Shown piece after piece: positions 59,303 to 64,000 of a stretch of 64,000 bases of DNA (its first letter is position 1; each line of letters starts with the position of its first letter). Under the pieces are notes generated by a model that saw nothing but the letters and a program-made list of their open reading frames with translations, ran no database searches and had not been told where the DNA came from. This stretch comes from a virus: IMG/VR virus record IMGVR_UViG_3300035670_000067, positions 46,385 to 110,384 of that record; one strand, given 5' to 3'. Both the position numbers and the translations under genes were made by a program.

Positions 59303-59859
59303 CGGGTCACAGATTTAGATTTGAAATCTACTATATCAACCGATATACTATCTATTTTCAATCTCTTACACACCCTTTCGACTGTTCTGCTACCAGCGCA
59401 TGGATCGTAAACAATCCCACGACCCGGCCAATGATTTCTTATAAGCCTTTCAATAAGACTTTCTGGTTTTTTCCAAGCATGTTCATCATTTCTAAATAGC
59501 CGGTCAGTAAAAATTCCAGTTCTATTACTCCAATGCAATTGTTCTGTAAATGATAATCCATAACACGCCATTACTTCTATAAAACGACTGTATCGTTTTA
59601 TGGTATTCTTTGTTGATTCTGGCTTTATCCAGTGCAGCAGTTGTTCCGGCTTAAATGGTAAATTCCAAACATCATCGGGCCACATGAAAATGATTGAAGG
59701 AATATCCTTTTCAACAGCCATGGAAACCAGATCACGCACATCTTCACTACCATACACAGGATCTGCTATCATCAAAGTGACTTCTTTAGTGGGCAGATTA
59801 TCCTGCCAACGTCCAAGAAAAAACACGTTATTAGCAATTCGCTTCATATCGCATTCCAA
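59299..59859 (-). CDS. beta-class N6/N4 DNA methyltransferase-like (DPVY variant)
   Basis: ADPVY, W.K, H...KP..L, VYDPCAGS. Confidence 0.7.
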   Translation of the reverse strand: MECDMKRIANNVFFLGRWQDNLPTKEVTLMIADPVYGSEDVRDLVSMAVEKDIPSIIFMWPDDVWNLPFKPEQLLHWIKPESTKNTIKRYSRFIEVMACYGLSFTEQLHWSNRTGIFTDRLFRNDEHAWKKPESLIERLIRNHWPGRGIVYDPCAGSRTVERVCKRLKIDSISVDIVDFKSKSVTR

Positions 59860-59867
59860 TCGCAGAT

Positions 59868-61145
59868 TTACTTATCGTCTCTTATCTCAACAAACTTTGG
59901 CAGAAGCAATGAAGGCAGACCCTTATCGTTTGTTGAAATGGCCATGTAAACAACACGCGCCACCTTGCCTATAAGCGCCGTTCTTTCAGCCCACATTTGC
60001 TTCAACTGCTCTCGATTGAAACCCTTAACGCCGCAGTGAACTTGCACTCCGTTGAAGTCAACCACAACTGCGCCAAGATGTTCTGCCCAGCTTTTCTTAC
60101 CTTCAACAACATCAACAATCTTCAAATCAGCGTCTTCTTCAACCTTCAGTTTGACCCAAGCATTGGAACGCTTGAATTCATACTCTGACGCCGGGTCTTT
60201 GGCTATAGCGCCTTCGTGTCCAAGTTTAATCTTTTTCCTGAACAGCGCAAGCAGTTCTTCTTCACTGTTTACTGTCTTGTGCTTAGAATACGCAACGCGG
60301 AATTTCTCAGTTTCCTTGTTTTCTGCGTGGAAAGCTTTGATGGCGTCCTTCAACATACTCTTTCTGCGAGCTAACTGTGTTGGACAACGATGCTTAACCC
60401 AATTGCCAATTGGCATGAAGTCCCAAACAGTATAGTTCAGCACCGTAGCGTCATAGCTGGAATCTGCCAGCTTAGGAATCTTTTTGGATATCCTAAAGTC
60501 CTCGAGATGATCACCAGTGTTACCACTCACTTCACCGTCAAAGACGACTGTATTCCCGGCAGCAATACCAATCAATTCCTTATCGAAGATGTGCAGATTT
60601 TCTACCGGCAAGCCATTACGGCTGTAGTAATCAACACGATCAATATGCACAAACGCAATGACACGCTTACCGTTTCTTTTGGTCTCGACGAAACAGGGAT
60701 ACCTAACCTTAGAATAATCCTTATTCGCCAGTTGCACATCGAACGATGGGATAAGATTTGGAACAATCTTATTGGCTATTGTCTCGCCTATGCCACAATC
60801 CAAATCCTTCTTGAGAATACATTCCAAAACCATCTGCTGGTCAGGATTTAGATGAGCGCTGCTTTTCTTGATAGCTTCCTTAGCACGATCGCCAGTAAGT
60901 TCGCGAGTACTCAACATATCCAACAATCTGAACATAACCAAAAGATTATGCTCAAAATCATCAGTATCGATCGGCTCGCTGAGTTCAAATTGCTTAACGC
61001 CAAACGTTATGTATGGCGAACATGCGTACTTCAGCACATCTGAAGCTCGCATGGTGTGGCTCAAATTCTGACGCCACAAATCAATCTTTTCTGTTGGCGT
61101 CAGTTCTTTACTCTTACGGATAAGTTCAGCGGGATTGATCATCAT
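59868..61145 (-). CDS. ATP-dependent DNA ligase
   Basis: ETKRNG.R, SRNG, FDGE, EGAIAK, KRS..WVKLK, OB-fold C-terminus. Confidence 0.9.
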   Translation of the reverse strand: MMINPAELIRKSKELTPTEKIDLWRQNLSHTMRASDVLKYACSPYITFGVKQFELSEPIDTDDFEHNLLVMFRLLDMLSTRELTGDRAKEAIKKSSAHLNPDQQMVLECILKKDLDCGIGETIANKIVPNLIPSFDVQLANKDYSKVRYPCFVETKRNGKRVIAFVHIDRVDYYSRNGLPVENLHIFDKELIGIAAGNTVVFDGEVSGNTGDHLEDFRISKKIPKLADSSYDATVLNYTVWDFMPIGNWVKHRCPTQLARRKSMLKDAIKAFHAENKETEKFRVAYSKHKTVNSEEELLALFRKKIKLGHEGAIAKDPASEYEFKRSNAWVKLKVEEDADLKIVDVVEGKKSWAEHLGAVVVDFNGVQVHCGVKGFNREQLKQMWAERTALIGKVARVVYMAISTNDKGLPSLLLPKFVEIRDDK

Positions 61146-61512
61146 CTTCACCCTTTCTATCTGACCAACGAATAGCAACGCCTTCGTCAATCATGTATTC
61201 GTTGAAGTTATACCATTTCTTGCACCGTTCATCGAATGCATACATGTCGACGAGATAATACAACTGCCCCTCAACACAGTCGTATATCTTAACGAAGACC
61301 TGCTGCCCTCGGCCTAAATGCTTTGCAAAGAATTTCTTCGCCGCTTCCTTATCTTCGATATACAGTCTGTTCAATTTGAGATGAGTTGAAACAACAACAT
61401 TCAAACCAAGATGAACATCGAGATAAACGATATTGGCGCAACGATAAGCGTTCCAGTTAGCCTCTCTGTAACAAGCGTCAAACAGGGTTTCGCGCATATT
61501 ATCTGAATCCAT
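61126..61512 (-). CDS. degenerate thermonuclease (SNase)-like protein
   Basis: D..LG....L.L, AK.F, N..MI.EG.A; DGDT and GR motifs missing. Confidence 0.4.
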   Translation of the reverse strand: MDSDNMRETLFDACYREANWNAYRCANIVYLDVHLGLNVVVSTHLKLNRLYIEDKEAAKKFFAKHLGRGQQVFVKIYDCVEGQLYYLVDMYAFDERCKKWYNFNEYMIDEGVAIRWSDRKGEDDDQSR

Positions 61513-61513
61513 T

Positions 61514-62515
61514 TCACACCTTTATTTTAGTTGAAGTGTGGGCTGTTCTGTTTATATTAACTCCAATCTTACGTAAGATTGGCACAACATCTACTGTTCT
61601 TAGTTCCAAATTTCTAACTAATGCCACAACATTACTCACCTCTACTTTATCTGACATGTTTACTTGATTGAACATTTCTTCTAAGCGCTTCAAATCATCG
61701 GCGCTGTATTCTTCATTCTGTGTCCTGATTCTCAACAACTTCTTGCTTTTTACAACCTGCTTCCAATTTTTCAATAACTGCAAGCGATACTGCTCTGAAA
61801 TTGGCGTTTGTTTCGCAATAAGTCTTTCCTTCAGAACCTTCAACTTAAACCCGGCATCACTCAATGCCGCGATTGCTTTCACGGCACCAAATCTGAATTT
61901 TTTCAACTTCATCTTTTTCTGGTCTACATCACAAGCGCCGGGGATAAAGTCTCCCTCTTGACCACATAAGGCATCAATCAAAATGGATTGTTTAGGCTTC
62001 ATAGAATGCTCAGCATAAAAGCTACGAAGTGAATATATCATGTCTTTGCATGGCCTGTATATCTTCACCTGACTATTCAATAACTGGTAATAGTCTTTGT
62101 CATCACTATATATGATAACGGAATGACCTTCTGCCGCAAACTTATTAGCAAGCCAGCCCACAACATCATCAGCTTCTATACCTGTAATCGCAGCCTGCTT
62201 TATTCCAAGCACTTCCAGATAATCTCTGGTCGCGTCAAGCTCCTTGAAATAGTCGCCAAGATCTTTGTATTTCCTATTCTTTTTGTACAGTGGCCAGATT
62301 GTTCTGCGCCACTGATTGCCGCCGCCAACATCCCAAGCGACTATCATTTTGTCAACTTCTCTGGACTTTACAAATGTATCTATGGATCTCAGTAACCCAT
62401 AGATTACAGTGGTGGGCATTCCTACACTGTTTGTCAGCGGTTGTCCCTTTTCTGAAAAAGAACTATAAATTCTGAACGCCAAATTGTTCCCATCTATAAC
62501 GACAACCTTCATCAA
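61514..62515 (-). CDS. 5'-3' exonuclease (PolI N-terminal/FEN-like)
   Basis: IDGNNL, YK.NR, EADD, SDDKDYYQL, GD.IPG. Confidence 0.9.
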   Translation of the reverse strand: MMKVVVIDGNNLAFRIYSSFSEKGQPLTNSVGMPTTVIYGLLRSIDTFVKSREVDKMIVAWDVGGGNQWRRTIWPLYKKNRKYKDLGDYFKELDATRDYLEVLGIKQAAITGIEADDVVGWLANKFAAEGHSVIIYSDDKDYYQLLNSQVKIYRPCKDMIYSLRSFYAEHSMKPKQSILIDALCGQEGDFIPGACDVDQKKMKLKKFRFGAVKAIAALSDAGFKLKVLKERLIAKQTPISEQYRLQLLKNWKQVVKSKKLLRIRTQNEEYSADDLKRLEEMFNQVNMSDKVEVSNVVALVRNLELRTVDVVPILRKIGVNINRTAHTSTKIKV

Positions 62516-63006
62516 TCAACTCCCAAGATGAGAGGCAATCCCTTTGGGTCAACATACCCGCCAGTAGCCACCAAACTATTCGCTTCTTGAGTATTCAGAC
62601 TATTGATTTTCTTGTTAAATCTCTCAAACGCAGATAAACAAGCAAACACATTGAACTGTAAAATCCTCATTTCTACAATGATATGCTTAACATCTTTTCT
62701 ACAGTTTTCCATCACTTCTTTCAGTACAGCCATCACATTATTTCTGCAGATGGAAAGGTTCCCCTCTATACTTTCCTTTTCATCCACATCCCAAGAGTAT
62801 GTTGCGATATGTCCATTCTTATACCTGATGCGAAGGTCTATCTCCCATTCGTATTGTCCATCAGTCATGCGCTGGCATCTTTCAAAGATATCGCATAAAT
62901 TATCGAATATGACATCTAACTTTCCAGTTGGTTCCATCAAATACTGATGAACACCAAACGGTCTGAAAATAACTTCATTCTTGGGCACCTTGCTAATGCG
63001 CTTCAT
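62512..63006 (-). CDS. hypothetical protein
   Basis: AGGAG RBS and upstream promoter. Confidence 0.6.
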   Translation of the reverse strand: MKRISKVPKNEVIFRPFGVHQYLMEPTGKLDVIFDNLCDIFERCQRMTDGQYEWEIDLRIRYKNGHIATYSWDVDEKESIEGNLSICRNNVMAVLKEVMENCRKDVKHIIVEMRILQFNVFACLSAFERFNKKINSLNTQEANSLVATGGYVDPKGLPLILGVD

Positions 63007-63043
63007 TTTTCTCCTGTGAACGTTAGTTGTTGGTTACTGGTAT

Positions 63044-63072
63044 ATTATACCACACAGATACAGGCTTACCAA
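63044..63072 (-). promoter_or_regulatory. promoter TTGGTA-N17-TATAAT
   Basis: 17-bp spacer, extended -10. Confidence 0.7.
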
Positions 63073-63073
63073 T

Positions 63074-63589
63074 TCAATAGACGCTTTGGATTTTCCTTTT
63101 TATCTTCTCGCGCTTCACCCAACTAGTTACCCCGAATTTAGTCCACATCTTTATCCAGTTCCCACCATTATCTATCAACTCTAGCACCATTTTTTGCTTA
63201 CGCTTAGAAAGCTTAGACAGAATATCTTTGAGATCTATCATTTCTTTCTGAGCCGCTGGGATCTTTTCCAAATCTGTGTAATAATCGCTATCATTATCGG
63301 AATTGTTGGGAGAATTCTTATATCTGTTGATGTAAGTATAAGTCTCCTTCTGCATAGTCCGTATGCGATTCTTGGTCGCTATAAACAAGAATCGTAGATA
63401 CTTATTATCTTCTTCATAATAATCTTCGAAATGCTTGAAGAAGATTATGACTGCTTCTTGTATCAATTCTTCATCTGTTGCAGTCCAAAACCCACACTGT
63501 TTTCTCAATTTCTTTGTTTGAGAAACAAGTTTAGTTTTTATTCGTTCGAATATTTTATGCGAAGCTAGGACATTATATTGCGTCATCAT
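63074..63589 (-). CDS. sigma-70 (ECF)-like factor
   Basis: EELIQEA...F, N.IR and L..LS..Q regions. Confidence 0.55.
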   Translation of the reverse strand: MMTQYNVLASHKIFERIKTKLVSQTKKLRKQCGFWTATDEELIQEAVIIFFKHFEDYYEEDNKYLRFLFIATKNRIRTMQKETYTYINRYKNSPNNSDNDSDYYTDLEKIPAAQKEMIDLKDILSKLSKRKQKMVLELIDNGGNWIKMWTKFGVTSWVKREKIKRKIQSVY

Positions 63590-63806
63590 CTGACCTTACT
63601 GCATTTGTTCGGCTCTCAATCCCATCTGGTGGATTCACCCTCATCCAATGAGTAGCATCACGAATACAAGAATATCCGCTTCCATGAGGATACCAATATG
63701 AACCGTCTTTATGACGAATCATATTTACACATCTTCCATATTGAGCGCTCCAAATATCTGTTGGAACATCATCAATTGGACATGTCTCAATCGGTTGCCA
63801 ATTCAT
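63573..63806 (-). CDS. DUF551-like protein
   Basis: MNWQPIETCP...THWM...PP. Confidence 0.65.
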   Translation of the reverse strand: MNWQPIETCPIDDVPTDIWSAQYGRCVNMIRHKDGSYWYPHGSGYSCIRDATHWMRVNPPDGIESRTNAVRSDDDAI

Positions 63807-63832
63807 TTAGCCTCCCATGCTGCATTAGCCCT

Positions 63833-63861
63833 ATTATATGCCCGTAGGATACCATTTACAA
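63833..63861 (-). promoter_or_regulatory. promoter TTGTAA-N17-TATAAT
   Basis: 17-bp spacer. Confidence 0.7.
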
Positions 63862-63937
63862 CCCCGTAGAAATAAAAAAAAACCCCGCCCCCAGCATTGG
63901 CTACCGAGGGCAGGGTGTGACCGCTTACTACGGTCTT

Positions 63938-64000
63938 TTACTCTTCGTCATCGTCATCGTCATCTTCGTCGTCGGCGTTGGCGTCATCAGCCTCTTCGAC
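63938..64000 (-). CDS. partial CDS: acidic C-terminal tail
   Basis: ...VEEADDANADDEDDDDDDEE* followed by a terminator-like hairpin. Confidence 0.6.
   Translation of the reverse strand, partial: VEEADDANADDEDDDDDDEE

Overview
This window is a segment of a large tailed dsDNA phage genome (Caudoviricetes). It has no rRNA, integrase or CRISPR array, and nearly all genes are on the minus strand. 1-16 kb: glycosyltransferases directly downstream of an HK97-type head module (major capsid, protease-scaffold, portal, large terminase with a 153-aa mini-intein in its P-loop, probable small terminase), then a stand-alone NrdD glycyl-radical peptide, a phosphoesterase and a GalE-like epimerase. 16-42 kb: an early/host-takeover-like region of small gene cassettes. 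It holds 17 sigma70-like promoters that all have a 16-bp spacer, a shared ACCGAAAG leader, a candidate sRNA antisense to that leader, 160-bp dispersed repeats, GATC/GANTC-dense spacers, and ~130-bp phased-TA elements resembling gyrase sites. It also holds six hexapeptide-repeat paralogs (one with an internal TGA), a tmRNA and seven tRNAs that all have U34 (including Ile-UAU). 42-55 kb: a poly-Ser protein and its tail-less paralog, more glycan enzymes (KpsS-like, GT2s, methyltransferases, sialidase-like), UDG and primase. 55-64 kb: a coupled thymidine-hypermodification operon (dUMP hydroxymethylase-like, dNMP kinase, 5-hmdU DNA kinase) flanked by two DNA methyltransferases and ending in a GT2, then ligase, 5'-3' exonuclease and a sigma-like factor. 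The best novel-system candidates are a virion/protein glycosylation system, a possibly glycosylated hypermodified T, and the regulatory architecture of the early region. All protein calls come from motif recognition by eye; no database search was run.
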